Below, in pieces: positions 29,666-43,960 of a stretch of 64,000 nt of DNA; position 1 is the first letter of the stretch, and every line of letters begins with the position of its first letter. Under the pieces are notes generated by a model. That model worked only from the letters and a program-made list of their open reading frames with translations. It had not been told where the DNA came from and searched no databases. The translations under genes and the position numbers were made by a program. Source of the stretch: Eledone cirrhosa (Eukaryota); the NCBI GenBank assembly GCA_964016885.1, contig OZ024752.1, positions 5,208,001 through 5,272,000 on the forward strand, given 5' to 3'.

Positions 29666-30279
29666 ATACAATAACAGAGAAAACCTTAAGCTATACTCTG
29701 ACTGGCTACCATCTCACTCAACAAACATTAGGATATACCTTAGTATAATCCCAATTTTATGTTTGGGGTGCTAACTGTATGTATTTTGTGGAAAGCCAGT
29801 TGTATTATTTTATATGAGATATAATTAAAATTAAAATATATCTTTCTTTCCAAACAATTGTTTCATTATAAGTTTTCTACAAGTTGGGAAAATGTGTCCG
29901 GTTTATGTAGAAGCCTTCATATTTTCCTGTAAGAACATATGCAGGTAGGCACTTATAAATCATCAGTGGATGCCCGTCAAACATTGATACAAGAAAAAAT
30001 CTCTTACCACTGTTAGTTTTTGTGTCAGCAAATCGTCCCTCCACGCATCATAATGACGGCCACATTTGAAATTCCAGCAGTCTCAGAATGAGGAATTTCA
30101 CAGCGTCATGAAGCGGAAAAGGGGAGGCAATCGCGAAACACAAGAAAGTAAAATAATTTACACGTGGGTCAATTATTTTTTTTCAACAATTTTAACCCTG
30201 TGTGTTAAGAACTCAATTAGATTTTAAAAAAATAAATGTATGCATGTATTAATTATACACGCATATAGATATTTTCTTT

Positions 30280-30527
30280 CAGACCGGGTGATGTGTTGTT
30301 TCCTTGAGCAAGACACTTTATTTCACATTGCTCCAGTTTACTCAGCTGTAGAAATGAGATGATAGGGAGTGTGGAGGTGCCACGGCAAAAAAGCACCGAG
30401 CACTCACTGTAAATGAGGTTGATGTTAGGAAGGGCATCCAGCTGTAGAAATCAAGCCAGAATCAGTTCCTGTCCCACCCTTGCAAGCATGGAAAAGTGGA
30501 CGTAAAATGATGATGATGATGATGATG
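30280..30527 (+). mobile_element. 5'-truncated CORE-like SINE
   Basis: Matches 42930-43188 with an internal deletion; (GAT)n tail. Confidence 0.8.
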
Positions 30528-30644
30528 AGATATATATATGTATATATATATATATATATATGTATATGTATATATGTATATATATATATATATATATGTG
30601 TATGTATATATGTATATATATATGTATATATGTATATATATATG

Positions 30645-30720
<76 letters not shown>

Positions 30721-31292
30721 GTATATATTATATATATGTATATATATATATGTATATATATATATGTATATATTATATATGTATATATTATATATGTATA
30801 TATTATATGTGTATATATTATATATATATATATATTATATATATATATATATATTATATATAGAGTTATAAACTCAAATAGTCTTTTACAATTAAATAGC
30901 TCAAAGAAAGGGATATTTCTGAGCCGTGTAATACAAATGAATATATGATAGAGCTAAACACTAATACAAGTATACAAGTGTTTGCATTGCAAATGACCAA
31001 GTTAGCTAGATTGAAAAATACTAATTAAAATAATACGGTTTGCCTCTCTCGATTTAAAATAATAAATCAATAAAGACAAACCTATATTGGCAACAGCCGT
31101 GATACCTGGACAAATTTAAATTTTAAATTTTGAACTTTAAATTTGTTTCGCAACAATTAAGTGAAATTTCCTATTCCTGTGCTCTTCTGCAGGTATCCAT
31201 TAATTAGTATTTTTCAATCTAGCTAACTTGGTCATTTGAAATGCAAACACATGTATACTTGTATCAGTGTTTATCCCTATCATATATTCATT

Positions 31293-31566
<274 letters not shown>

Positions 31567-31654
31567 CATATATATATACATATATATACATATATATATA
31601 CATATATATATACATAAATATATACATATATATATACATATATATATACATATA

Positions 31655-32293
31655 TCATCATCATCATTTTACGTCCGCTTTTCCCTGCTTGCAAGGGTGG
31701 GACGGGTCTTATTCAGCACAGCATCTCTCCACTCGTCACGGTCCCTCGTCATCTCCACCGTGAGCTTCAATGATCTGAGGTCTGTTCTCACCACCTCCGC
31801 CCATGTTTTTTGTGGTCTACCTCTACCACGTCTTCCTTCGACTGGCATTTCCTGGCACTTCTTCACCCATCGGTCATCCTCCATGTGCATCACATGTCCA
31901 TACCACCTCAGTCTCCTCTCCCGTACACTACATTCTATCCCTCTCAGACACAGTTTCTCTCTCAACACATTTATGCTGGGTCGTTCACGCACATTTACAC
32001 TGCACATCCAACGGAGCATGCTTGCCTCATTTCTCTCCAGCCGTCGCATATCTTCTGCGGTAGCTGCCCATGTCTCACTACCATGCAGCATCGCGCTCCT
32101 CACACAGGCATCATACAACCGGCCTTTCGTACGCAGGGAGAAACCCTTCTTCGTCAACAGAGGAAGCAGCTCCCTAAACTTCTTCCAACCCGTCCTTATT
32201 CTAGATACTATGGCCTCGGAACACCCTCCTCCCATGCTAATCTGATCTCCTAGGTACCGGAAGCTATCCACCACTTCTATAGCGCCCTCTCGC
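31655..32293 (-). mobile_element. RTE LINE 3' end, short-UTR subfamily
   Basis: Open 201-aa frame FRYLGD...MLHGSETW...RLRWYGHV...GRPQKTW; ends GGACGTAAAATGATGATG; inserted in (TA)n. Confidence 0.92.
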
Positions 32294-32304
32294 TGATATA
32301 TATG

Positions 32305-32461
<157 letters not shown>

Positions 32462-32594
32462 TATATATATATATATGTATTATATATATATATATATATG
32501 TATTATATATATATATATATATATGTGTATATATATATATGTGTGTGTATATATATATAATATAAGATCAAAAGATGGTTAAAAGAGTTCCAAT

Positions 32595-32665
32595 TATTTT
32601 ATTATGCGCATTTCAAAAAGAAATATCATCTTGAGATGGTATCTGCGTTTTCATCAGATAAAATA
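32595..32665 (-). ncRNA. Type I hammerhead ribozyme motif (PLE-type)
   Basis: Minus strand TATTTTAT-CTGATGA-(long stem II)-GAAA-TGCGCA-TA-ATAAAATA: perfect 8-bp stem I, palindromic stem III, AUA triplet. Confidence 0.75.
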
Positions 32666-33139
32666 GGGAAACATGATATGAAGCTTGAAAAACACTTGTG
32701 AATAGTGAAGTTTTAAATCAACATATGAAAAATAATTTGATATAGCGAAAAAGTGAGGGGGGGATTGTAAAAGGTAAGGAAGAGGAGGAGATGAGAGTAA
32801 AGAATGGTGGAGGAGGAGTATAAGGAAGGATGAGAGAGGAGGAGAGATGAGTGATAGAGAGAGAGAGATAGTTTTTACAACTGAGAAAAAATATATATTG
32901 TCTCACAGAGAGAAGTTAAAAAGCCGTTGGAAGATAATAGATAATTTAAAAGAATTTGAAATTTAAAGTTGATGAAGAGAAAAAGAGGTTAAGAATAATA
33001 TTAAATTAAGGTTTGTATATTGAAGGGTTTAATAATATGTGCGAGGAAAAGAAATTATTAATATGTATTATTAAAATAAAAATATTAATGTTATTAAGGA
33101 TATAATGTGAAAAGAAGTAGTAGAATGGATGAGTTATAT

Positions 33140-33380
33140 GCGGTTGTGTAGGTGTCACGACAAAAAAACACACAGTCCACGCTGTAATGTGGCCGTGTAG
33201 GTAAAACGGTAAAAACCTCCCAGTTACAAACTGTAAATGTGGTTGGTGTTAGGAAGGGCATCCAGCCATAGAAAACCTGCCAGACAGTCCTATGCAAGCA
33301 AGACAACCACTCTTGCCTCAAGTGGGAAAACTCCCGTCCAAACCCATGCAAGCGTGGAATATGGACGTTAAATGATGATG

Positions 33381-33382
<2 letters not shown>
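33140..33382 (+). mobile_element. RTE 3' UTR fragment
   Basis: Matches the 3' UTR of the other copies; (GAT)n tail. Confidence 0.85.
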
Positions 33383-33413
<31 letters not shown>

Positions 33414-33429
33414 TATATATATATACACA

Positions 33430-33499
<70 letters not shown>

Positions 33500-33520
33500 T
33501 ACATATATATATATATATAC

Positions 33521-33579
<59 letters not shown>

Positions 33580-33582
33580 TAC

Positions 33583-33615
<33 letters not shown>

Positions 33616-33636
33616 CATATATATATATTTATATAC

Positions 33637-33667
<31 letters not shown>

Positions 33668-34207
33668 AGATATATATGAATGGGTCACTGATGCAGGACT
33701 AATTTTATTCATATGTAACCCATGCGCAGCCACGCAGCACTCCATTTTTCTTATATTTATATTTTTTCCTCAGCTGCGATTGTCTGTTTCTTTCTTACTG
33801 CTTCCCCTCTCTCTGTATCTCTCACCTTCTTTTTGCCCCCTCTGCCAGTCACACTCTCTCTCAGCTGGCCTCTTCCTCACACTTCCACTCACTCACTCTC
33901 TGCTTCTCCCCCTCTCTCACTTCCTCCTGTTTGACCTGTGTGAAATCCTTTTCTCACTCACATCTCACCCATGTCAGATGGTCTGTATCTCTCGTCCATG
34001 AATTCACCAAGCTTAAGCTTACAGATATCATGTACTTGTCTCTTCCTATCCTTCCGTTGCACTACCATCTTTGTTTGTTTACATGTCTCACTCGCTTCAC
34101 CCTATTTAACTTTATTTAGTTATTGCTCGCACCAACCAGAGCTATATCATCTTTAAAGTGATAAAATACCAATGAAAGTTGGAAGATCACTGATGAAGGA
34201 CTAATTT

Positions 34208-34362
<155 letters not shown>

Positions 34363-34364
34363 GT

Positions 34365-36298
34365 AAAGATATGAAGATGGGGAAGGCAACCGGTCCATCG
34401 GGTATAGCTGCCGAGATGCTGAAGGCATCTGGGTCTGTAGGTCACACTATAACCACACGTATTGTTAACCAGGTAATACTAGAAGGTGTCATACCAAAGA
34501 TTGGTGCAGTAGCATCATTGTCAACTGCTACAAAGGTAAAGGTGATGCACTCGATAGAGGAAACTATAGAGGTATAAAGCTGATGGACCAGGTCATGAAA
34601 GTAACAGAAAGAGTTATAGCACAGCTGATTAGGGACCGGGTGAATATAGACGAGATGCAATTTGGGTTTGTACCAGGAAGAGGCACCACTGATGCCCTCT
34701 TCCTTGTGAGGCAATTACAGGAAAAGTACCTAGCTAAAAGTAAGCCACTCTACTTGGCATTTGTTGACCTTGAGAAAGCCTTTGACAGAGTTCCACGTGC
34801 TGTAATCTGGTGGGCTCTTAGAAAACTAGGAGTAGATAAATGGCTTGTGAAAGCGGTACAAGCCATGTATAGGGGAGCAGTCAGCAAAGTTAGGATTAGC
34901 AATGAGTATAGCGAGGAATTTAGCGTACAGGTCGGGGTCCACCAGGGCTCAGTTCTTAGCCCCCTCCTGTTCATCATAGTCCTGCAGGCAATAACGGAGG
35001 AGTTTAAGACCGGATGCCCATGGAAACTCCTGTATGCTGATGACCTCGCACTCATAGCTGATTCTATGGTAGAACTAGAGAATAAATTCCAAACTTGGAA
35101 GCAGGGACTAGAAAGTAAGGGTCTCAAAGTCAACATGACAAAGACTAAGGTCCTTGTAAGTAGACGAGAAAACAGAACCCAGATCCCCTCAGGGAAATGG
35201 CCTTGCTCAGTATGTAGGAAAGGTGTAGGTAGGAACTCCATTCTCTGCCCCAAATGCAAACAATGGGTACACAAGAGATGTAGCGGGATCTCAGGAAGCT
35301 TAATTAAGAATGTAGGCTTCACGTGCAGCAGCTGTGCTGAGACAGCAAGCATCAAACAGCCACAAGAAACAAGTACTACCAATCTCTGGGAGGGCTCTGT
35401 AGAAACGGTAGACAGCTTCTGCTACCTAGGTGACCGAATTAGCAGCGGAGGTGGGTGTTCAGAAAGTACAACAACTAGGGTAAGAACGGGATGGAAGAAG
35501 TTTAGGGAACTACTACCACTGCTAGCTGCAAAAGGCTTCTCCCTCAGAATGAAAGGCAGACTATATGATGCGTGTATCCGAACAGCAATGTTGCATGGTA
35601 GTGAGATCTGGGCGCTGAAGGTGGAAGACTTACGTAGATTAGAGAGAAACGAAGCCTGCATGCTCCGATGGATGTGTAACAGTAATATACGTGAACAACA
35701 AAGCATAAATGAATTGAGAGAGAGACTGAGCATAAGAGGTATCAAATGCTGTGTGCAGGAGAGGTGGTTGCGTTGGTATGGTCATGTGATGCGTATGAAG
35801 GATGACAGCTGCATAAAAAGGTGCAGAGCACTAGAAGTTGATGGAAACCGCGGAATGGGTAGACCCAAGATGACCTGGGATGAGGTGATAAAAGCCGACC
35901 TTACCCAATTACACCTCTCAAAGGCAATGACACATGGCCATGACTTCTGGCGTCACGCAGTAATACAGAGTACCCGACCTCCCATGGGTACAAGCTGAAG
36001 CATATAGACAATATGCCCCCACACCCCCCACCGCTAGGTGGCCATGGAGGTGCCACGGCAAAAAAGCACCCAGCCCACACTGTAAAGTGGACGTGTAGGC
36101 ACCACGAAAAAGCACCCAGCACTCACTGTAAATGAGGTTGGTGTTAGGAAGGGCATCCAGCTGTAGAAATCAAGCCAGATCAGTTCCTGTTTGAGCAACG
36201 CATTGTCAACCGACCAGACACTGCACACAACAGGACAACCCGTCTAACCCATGCTAGCGTGGAAGAACGGAGGTTAAACGGTGATGATGATGATGATA
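34365..36298 (+). mobile_element. RTE LINE, 5'-truncated, with open 471-aa RT + PHD-like + C-terminal frame (34583-35998)
   Basis: FVDLEKAFD, QGSVLSPLLF, LYADD, C4HC3 insert, FCYLG; one frameshift upstream; embedded in (TA)n. Confidence 0.95.
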
Positions 36299-36346
<48 letters not shown>

Positions 36347-36477
36347 AAATTAGTCCTTCATCAGTGATCTTCCAACCTTCATTGGTATTTCATCACTTTA
36401 TATGTATATATATATATATATATGTATGTTGCATGGTAGTGAGACCATATATATATATATATATATGTATATATATG

Positions 36478-36517
<40 letters not shown>

Positions 36518-36675
36518 TGTGTATATGTATATATATATATGTATATATATATGTGTATATGTATATATATATATGTATATATGTATATATATATATGTGT
36601 ATATATATGTATATATATATGTATATATATATATGTATATATATGTATATATATATGTATATATATATGTATATG

Positions 36676-36706
<31 letters not shown>

Positions 36707-36785
36707 GTATATATATATGTATATATATATATGTGTATATATATATGTATATATATATATGTGTATATATATGTATATATATATG

Positions 36786-36830
<45 letters not shown>

Positions 36831-36837
36831 GTATATG

Positions 36838-36916
<79 letters not shown>

Positions 36917-36933
36917 GTATATGTATATATATG

Positions 36934-37018
<85 letters not shown>

Positions 37019-37034
37019 ATATATACATATACAC

Positions 37035-37072
<38 letters not shown>

Positions 37073-37112
37073 GAGAACCCTCGGAAAAATGGAAAAAGAT
37101 GAGTATTGACGC

Positions 37113-38369
37113 TTGTTTGTAGAAAGGATAATAAGGCACAGGTACCCTTAGGGAAATGGCCTTGCTCAGTGTGTAGGAAAGGAGTAGGCAGAAATTCCAT
37201 TTTATGTCCCAAATGCAAACTATGGGTACATAAAAGATGTAGTGGGATCACAGGTAAACTATCTAAGAACGTAGACTTTATATGTGGCCGATGCTCAGGT
37301 GCAATAGGTAGCAAGTGTCCACAGGATACTAGCCCCTTCTATTGCCCAGATGGTTCTATAGAAATAGTAGACACTCTCCGTTACCTGGGTGACGAAATCA
37401 GCAGTGGTGGAGGGTGTTCTGAAAGTACAGTAGCCAGAGTCAGAACGGGATGGAAAAAGTTCAGAGAGCTTATACCGCTGTTGGCCACAAAAGGTTTCTC
37501 TCTCTAAAAATGAAAGGCAGATTGTATGATGTCTGTATACGAACAGCAATGCTACATGGCAGTGAGACATGAGCATTGTGTGCAGAGGATATACGCAGAC
37601 TGGAGAGGAACGAAGCATGCATGCTCCGTTGGATGTGTAATAGTAATATAGTGAACGGCAAAGCATAAATGAACTAAGTGAGAAATTAGGAATAAGAGGG
37701 ATCAGATGCTGTTTACTTGAGAGAAGACTACGTTGGTATGGCCACGTGATGCGCATGAAAGACTACAGCTGTATAAAAAAGTGCAGGGCAATCAAAAGTG
37801 ATGGTAGTTACGGAGTAGGTAGACCCAGAAAAACCTGGGACGATCTGATAAATTCTGACCTTACACACTTGCACTTCTTTAAGACAATGTCACTGGACCG
37901 AGATCTTTGGCGCTACGCAGTAATACAGAAGACCCACCTTACCTATGTACAAAGCAAAACCTACAGTCAGTAGGCACCTCTTAACCAAATATACACCCCA
38001 ATCCACTACCCCTACCCTATCCTCCCACTCCCACCAACACCACCCTCTCTCTATAAAGTTGGTACCACAACATCCAGTCCAAATAGATGAGATAATGAGA
38101 TCGAGATCGTGTAGGTGTCACGAGAAAAAAACACACAGTCCACGCTGTAATGTGGCCGTGTAGGTAACACAGTAAAAAGTTCCCAGTTCCACACTGTAAA
38201 TGTGGTTGGGGTTAGGAAGGGCATCCAGCCGTAGAAAACCTGCCAGATAGTCCTATATGAGTGAGACACGGTCACTCGACCAGCCTTGCCTCAAGTGGGA
38301 CAACTCCCGTCTAACCCATACTAGCATGGAAAATGGACGTTAAACGAAGATGATGATGATGATGATGAT
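37113..38369 (+). mobile_element. RTE LINE 3' half, frameshifted
   Basis: PHD-like insert, LRYLGD, 3' UTR, (GAT)n tail. Confidence 0.92.
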
Positions 38370-38370
38370 A

Positions 38371-39670
38371 CAGGGTGCGGACGATATTTGTTCATAAGAT
38401 TACTGTCTAGGAAAATATAACACTGTAGTTTTATTTTTTAAAATATATTTATCAAACTTGGGTCAGTTTGTCTTCATGACTTGTTCTTTCAATCTCACTC
38501 GCCTTTGGCTTTGATGACGGCCTCAAGGCGGCCTCGGAACCAGCTACAAGCCTTCGTCACTGTCCCCCGACTTAGGCTCCTAAAAGCACTTGTGATCCTG
38601 GCCTTCCGATCGTCTTATGTATTGCAGCTAGATATGTTGGTGTCTCGTTCCACTGCGCCCCACACAAAGAAGTCGAGGGGGTTGCAGTCAAGCGAGCTGG
38701 GAGGCCAGATATCAGGTGAAGTGTGGTCGACGAAGGTCTCTGACAGCCAGGCTTGGGTCTTTCGGCTGGTATGGGGCAGGGCGCTGAGTCTTGCTGCCAC
38801 ACGTACGGCCTACCTGCAGCTACCTGGTCGATCCAGGGCTTTACTACCTCGCTCAGAACATGGATATAGCCATCAGTGTTCAGCTTGAGGCCCTCAGTGA
38901 AGAAGTGAGGTGGCATGACGTCACCTTGACTGCTGATGACACCTAAGACCAATATTGTCGCTGGAAACTTTGTTTGCATGACTCTGGACACGTCTTTGGA
39001 TGAGACAGCGAGCCACCTGTTGTTCTGGGAGTTGATCTTCTGGGCTTGGCAGAAGTTTTTCTCGTTGGAGAAAAACCACAGCATGTCTGGCTCCAGTGGG
39101 TGTTTCAACTTGTTGATCAGCTTCTTTGCGTGCTTCAGTCACTTTTCTTGCATCGCCTTTGACAGAAATTGTCCTTTCCTCATCTTGTATGAAACGTAGC
39201 AAATGTCTTCATGTACCACCAGCCTAATGAGCTTTTCACCCATGCCTTTCTCCCTTGCAATGGCACGCATCGACTTGCTAGGTTTATTGTTGATGATATC
39301 CTGAACTTCAGCGATGAACTCAGGCGTTCTGAAGGCGTCAGATCGTCGATCATGTGTTTTCCTCTCTGATGTTGCTTCGTAGTTGAATCCTGAATCTTCC
39401 AATTCCTTTCTGACCTTTTCCACCATTCTTCTGTTGACGCTGAGAAAGTCTGAAATTTCCTTATTTGTCCTCCTGGCACGGATTCCAAGAAGAACTCCGC
39501 ATCTCTTCCACAAATTCGGAGGTTCAAAATTATTCATAATCAATTATTCTGAAAATAAATAATGGAAATATAGTCACTGTTTTTATGAAGACAAGAGTGA
39601 CAATGGAAGTAAAAAAAATTTGCATAAAATTAGCAGTTGAAAATTGCGAACAAGTATCATCCACACTCTG
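38371..39670 (-). mobile_element. Near full-length maT-type (DD37D) transposon, frameshifted
   Basis: Imperfect TIRs CAGGGTGCGGACGATATTTGTTC / GAACAAGTATCATCCACACTCTG with TA flanks; WFFSNEKNF (first D mutated to N), QQDSAPCH...SLDCNPLD with 37 residues between second and third D after joining frames. Confidence 0.9.
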
Positions 39671-39774
39671 TATATATATACATATATATACATATATATA
39701 TATATACATATATATACATATATATACATATATATATATATACATATATATACATATATATATTTATATACATA

Positions 39775-39831
<57 letters not shown>

Positions 39832-39935
39832 TTATATATATATATATACATATATATATATACACATATTTATACATATATATACACATATATATACATA
39901 TATATATATATACATATATATACATATATATATAC

Positions 39936-40005
<70 letters not shown>

Positions 40006-40009
40006 TCTG

Positions 40010-41270
40010 AATTTGTTTAGCAAGATTCTTTATCTGAAAACATGTGTTGAAACCGACATTGTTATACTTTGGGAGGGTCATGTTGCCAATAAGAAACACA
40101 TACACCAGTTGCTTTCACTCCAATTTATTATAAATTAAATTATAAATTTAAAAAATTTATAAATTTCCGGTTGGCTGGTTGGTTCCACAACTGGACGGTT
40201 GTTCATATATTGTCAAAGTTCTTTCGTCACACATTCTGTAACCTCTTCAGTGACTGGGGATTCTTTTCTTTGTTTTGTGCCTCTCCTTTGTTCTGTCCTA
40301 CGCCATCATGTGTTTGTGTGTGTTGTGTGCTTAGTTTGCGCATGTGTTACATCCGGGTGTCTGTGTGTGTTTTTATTTGTTTATTTATTTGTTTATTTAC
40401 ATGTTACTGGTTGGTTGTTTGTTCTATGTGTGTGTGTTTTCATTTTGTCCTTAATTGTAAGTTGTGATGTTGCTATTCCATTCATGTTTTCTATTTAATT
40501 TTGGTTGGAGTTCATTTATGTTTATTGCCTCTGTGATTTGTCTAAACATTGCGTCTTTTCTGTGTGTAGATTCTATTTTTATTTCTATGTTCTCTAATTT
40601 GCCCTTATGTTGGTGGAGTACTGATGATTCTTTTCTATCTTGAATCTGTCGCCAGTGTTCATTTAATCGTTCTCCTATACTGCTGTCTCACCTATGTACA
40701 CTATATTCTTATCTTTACATTGTCCTTCAGTACATCTTATGCTATATACTATGTTTCTAGTTTTACAGTTAATATGGGGGCTTAGTTTACAGATTATGCA
40801 TTTTTTATCTATACAGGGAGGTCTTTGAAAAGGGTATGTATTACTAATAAGTGTTTTTATGGAGGTACCTGGTCTTTCTACTATCTTAATATCGAGTTTA
40901 TGTTTATCTCGGACCCTTCTAAATTTGTAAGCTAATTCACCTCTAGGGGTTGTATTGATGAACTGTGGTATTTATTGCTATCATACCATGAGTTTATTCT
41001 ATTAACCTTATTCCTAGTTCTTTCTATTCTATTCCAAAATTTGCTCCTATACAAGGGGCAGGTCCCATTTGTATCATTATTTACCATTTTTTCCGATTTG
41101 GTTCTGGCTCCTCTATATACTCTGATTTTATCTCTCTGATTGTAACCAGCAAACTGCATACAGTGGATGAAGTGTTGTATGTGTCTCTCTAGTTCTTTGG
41201 GGTTGCACATGCGGGACACGTTTCTCATCACCCGTACTAAATCCGCAATCAGTATGTTGATTTTAGTTTA
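40010..41270 (-). mobile_element. Penelope-like element 3' part: RT thumb, Cys-rich linker, GIY-YIG endonuclease, pLTR
   Basis: Minus strand ADLVRVMRNVSRMC...QFAGY; PCIDKKCIIC...CKTRNIVYSIRC...VYIGET..SIGERLNEH; hammerhead-like motif downstream. Confidence 0.85.
40212..40254 (-). ncRNA. Hammerhead ribozyme motif in PLE 3' pLTR
   Basis: Minus strand GTCA-CTGAAGA-GGTTACAGAATGTGTGAC-GAAA-GAAC-TT-TGAC; stem I GTCA/TGAC; stem III minimal. Confidence 0.65.
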
Positions 41271-41314
41271 TTACATATATATATACATATGTATATATAT
41301 ACATATATATATCT

Positions 41315-42125
41315 AGGGTGGGTAAAATTCCCGAGATCCATGGACGAGTTCTCTCCAGCGGTCTCTCTCCCTCATTATCGCTGCCATGTCCCGTGTCTCC
41401 AACAGACCAGTGTCTGTCCTTAGGGCATCAACATACGTTAACCTTGGTCACCCTCTTCCACTGTGTCCATGTAGGGGCTCCCACAGGAGCACTGAGATCA
41501 GTGTCAAATCTGGATGTCGGTGAGCATGTCCAGCCAACCTCAGTCTCCTCTGTGTCACTTTTGAGCTGACTTTTGGGAGGCTCCCATACAGCTCTGAGTT
41601 TTTCATCCTCAGTGTATACTGATTAATGTTCAGAGCCATCCTCAGCATTCTCGTGTAGCACCCATCCACCATCTGAGTGAGTTTCTTGGTCAGTATCCAA
41701 GTCTCAGACCCATACAGCAGCACAGACTCCACTACAGCAATGAAGAGGCGGATTTTCAGGTCTTTACGAAGGTCCGACTTCCACACCGATCTCAAGCTGT
41801 GACACACCGCCCAGGCCTTGCTCTTCCTCTCAACCACATCATCTTCCATATTCCCAATCTTTGCTCCCAAATACAGGAAGTCCTCAACCAATTCTAGCAG
41901 CTTCCCGCCTACACTAGTGATCCCCTCTGGCTTCTCAACATTCTCTACCAGAAAATTTGTTTTAGTCTCATTCATTCTCAGCTCCACACTCATCGACACA
42001 CTCTCAACCTCCTGCATTAAATCCTCTGCCTCCTTCACTGTATTTGTCACCAAAACTATGTCGTCGGCAAATTCAGCATCTGATACCTTTTTCGCCTTAA
42101 CTCTCCTGCTCTGAGCCGGTGCTAC
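41315..42125 (-). mobile_element. Non-LTR retrotransposon 3' part (RTE-related, different family)
   Basis: EFADDIV, MNETKT, DFLYLG, ESVLLYGSETW, RRLRLAGH; no PHD insert. Confidence 0.85.
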
Positions 42126-42247
42126 AGTAATATATACATCATCATCATTTTACGTCCGCTATTCCCTGCTTGCAAGGGTGGGACATATATATATATATAT
42201 ACATATATGTATATAGATATATATATTTATATATATATATATACACA

Positions 42248-42307
<60 letters not shown>

Positions 42308-42369
42308 TGTATATATGTATACATATATATCTATACATATATATATACATATATATACATATATATACA

Positions 42370-42653
42370 TATAATAACTAGAAATTGATTAACATATAAA
42401 TAAACATGAACAATCACAGGAGATAATTTTTACAAGTGTGTAACCACACATAGCTAGGTAGGTAACTAAATAAAGTTGACCAGAACTTCAAAAATAGATA
42501 CCTTATATAAGGTATTATAAGGTATCTATTTTTGAAGTTCTGGTCAACTTTATTTAGTTACCTACCTAGCTATGTGTGGTTACACACTTGTAAAAATTAT
42601 CTCCTGTGATTGTTCATGTTTATTTATATGTTAATCAATTTCTAGTTATTATA
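42370..42653. repeat. Near-perfect palindrome, 138-bp arms, 8-nt spacer
   Basis: Arms 42370-42507 and 42516-42653; no mismatch seen by eye. Confidence 0.92.
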
Positions 42654-42865
42654 AAATGCTCGGACCTACTCATTAGAATCTTAGAGCTTATTTTGCGGGT
42701 GATATGTCACATGTCTTTCTGGCATGATGCCCATAATTTTGATTTAGATTAAATTCATTTGATTTATCTTAATTTTGGATATAGATATATATATATACAT
42801 ATATATACATACATATATATACATATATATGAATATCCCTTCTGCTTATATATATACATATATAT

Positions 42866-43188
42866 GGAGGCACATGGCTTAGTGGTTAGAGCATTGGCCT
42901 TGCAATCGAAAGGTTGTGAGTTCAATTCTCAGACTGGGTGATGTGTTGTTTCCTTGAGCAAGACACTTTATTTCACATTGCTCCAGTTTACTCAACTGTA
43001 GAAATGAGATGATAGGGACTGGGGTCCCTATCATTCCACTGCAAAGTGGTCGTGGAGGTGCCACGGCAAAAAAGCACCCAGCACTCACTGTAAATGAGGT
43101 TAGTGTTAGGAAGAGCATCCAGCTGTAGAAATCAAGCCAGAATCAGTTCCCATCCCACCCTGGCAAGCAGGGAAAAGCACACGTAAAA
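42866..43188 (+). mobile_element. Full-length tRNA-derived CORE-like SINE with RTE-derived tail
   Basis: A box TGGCTTAGTGG, B box GAGTTCAATTC, CCTTGAGCAAGACACTTTA core, RTE 3' UTR-like tail, (GAT)n. Confidence 0.85.
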
Positions 43189-43206
43189 TGAAATGATGAA
43201 ATGATG

Positions 43207-43237
<31 letters not shown>

Positions 43238-43248
43238 CATATATGTAT

Positions 43249-43281
<33 letters not shown>

Positions 43282-43293
43282 TACACATAATTC

Positions 43294-43344
<51 letters not shown>

Positions 43345-43527
43345 AAACCATATTTATTCTATTATATATATTTGAAGGGTACCAAAATTTTTGTACGCTA
43401 TCATCAGATAAAATACGAAGTGTGTTTTATAAATTTTGACATAATCAAGGAAAATATACCTTAATGGTTCAAGATTTCCTTGGACTATCCAAGGAAAACT
43501 TGAACCGTTAAGGTATATTTTCCTTCG

Positions 43528-43588
43528 TATTTTATCTGATGATAGCGTACCAAAATTTTGGTACCCTTGAAATATATATAATAGAATA
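43528..43588 (+). ncRNA. Type I hammerhead ribozyme motif in fold-back 43340-43612
   Basis: TATTTTAT-CTGATGA-TAGCGTACCAAAATTTTGGTACCCTT-GAAA-TATATA-TA-ATAGAATA; 8-bp stem I with one G-U; mirror copy in the left arm has TCAAA in place of TGAAA. Confidence 0.72.
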
Positions 43589-43722
43589 AATATGGTTTTA
43601 TAATTATAGTTTCCATTTATTAATATCATTGATATTATACTCCAGAAAATCTGTCGAGTGCTTCGAATCAGTTATAAAGATTTAGATTTGTTGAATTACC
43701 AACAAATTGAATATCCCTTCTG

Positions 43723-43778
<56 letters not shown>

Positions 43779-43909
43779 TGAGATTCTTTAGAAATCATCA
43801 GGAATCTGGGTATCAAAAAACAAATATGGTATTTATAGGTCTCTTCACTCCCCACCCTCTCCCACCACCTGAAGAGACCTATAAATACCATATTTATTTT
43901 TTGATACCC

Positions 43910-43960
43910 AGATTCCTGATGATTTCTAAAGAATGAAACAGTTCTAGTCCTGTAGAATCT
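43910..43960 (+). ncRNA. Type I hammerhead ribozyme motif, monomer-type stem III
   Basis: AGATTC-CTGATGA-TTTC TAAA GAAT-GAAA CAG TTCTAGTC CTG TA-GAATCT: 6-bp stem I, 4-bp stem III, GUA triplet 43952-43954; 10.1/11.1 is U-U rather than G-C. Confidence 0.8.

Noticed and set aside
30029-30148. CpG-containing unique segment as a possible Robo exon
   Set aside because: All three + frames contain stops after the candidate AG; could be regulatory or a transposon end, but unsupported.
42866-42940. tRNA gene
   Set aside because: tRNA-like head continues into SINE core and tail and is multi-copy in the window.
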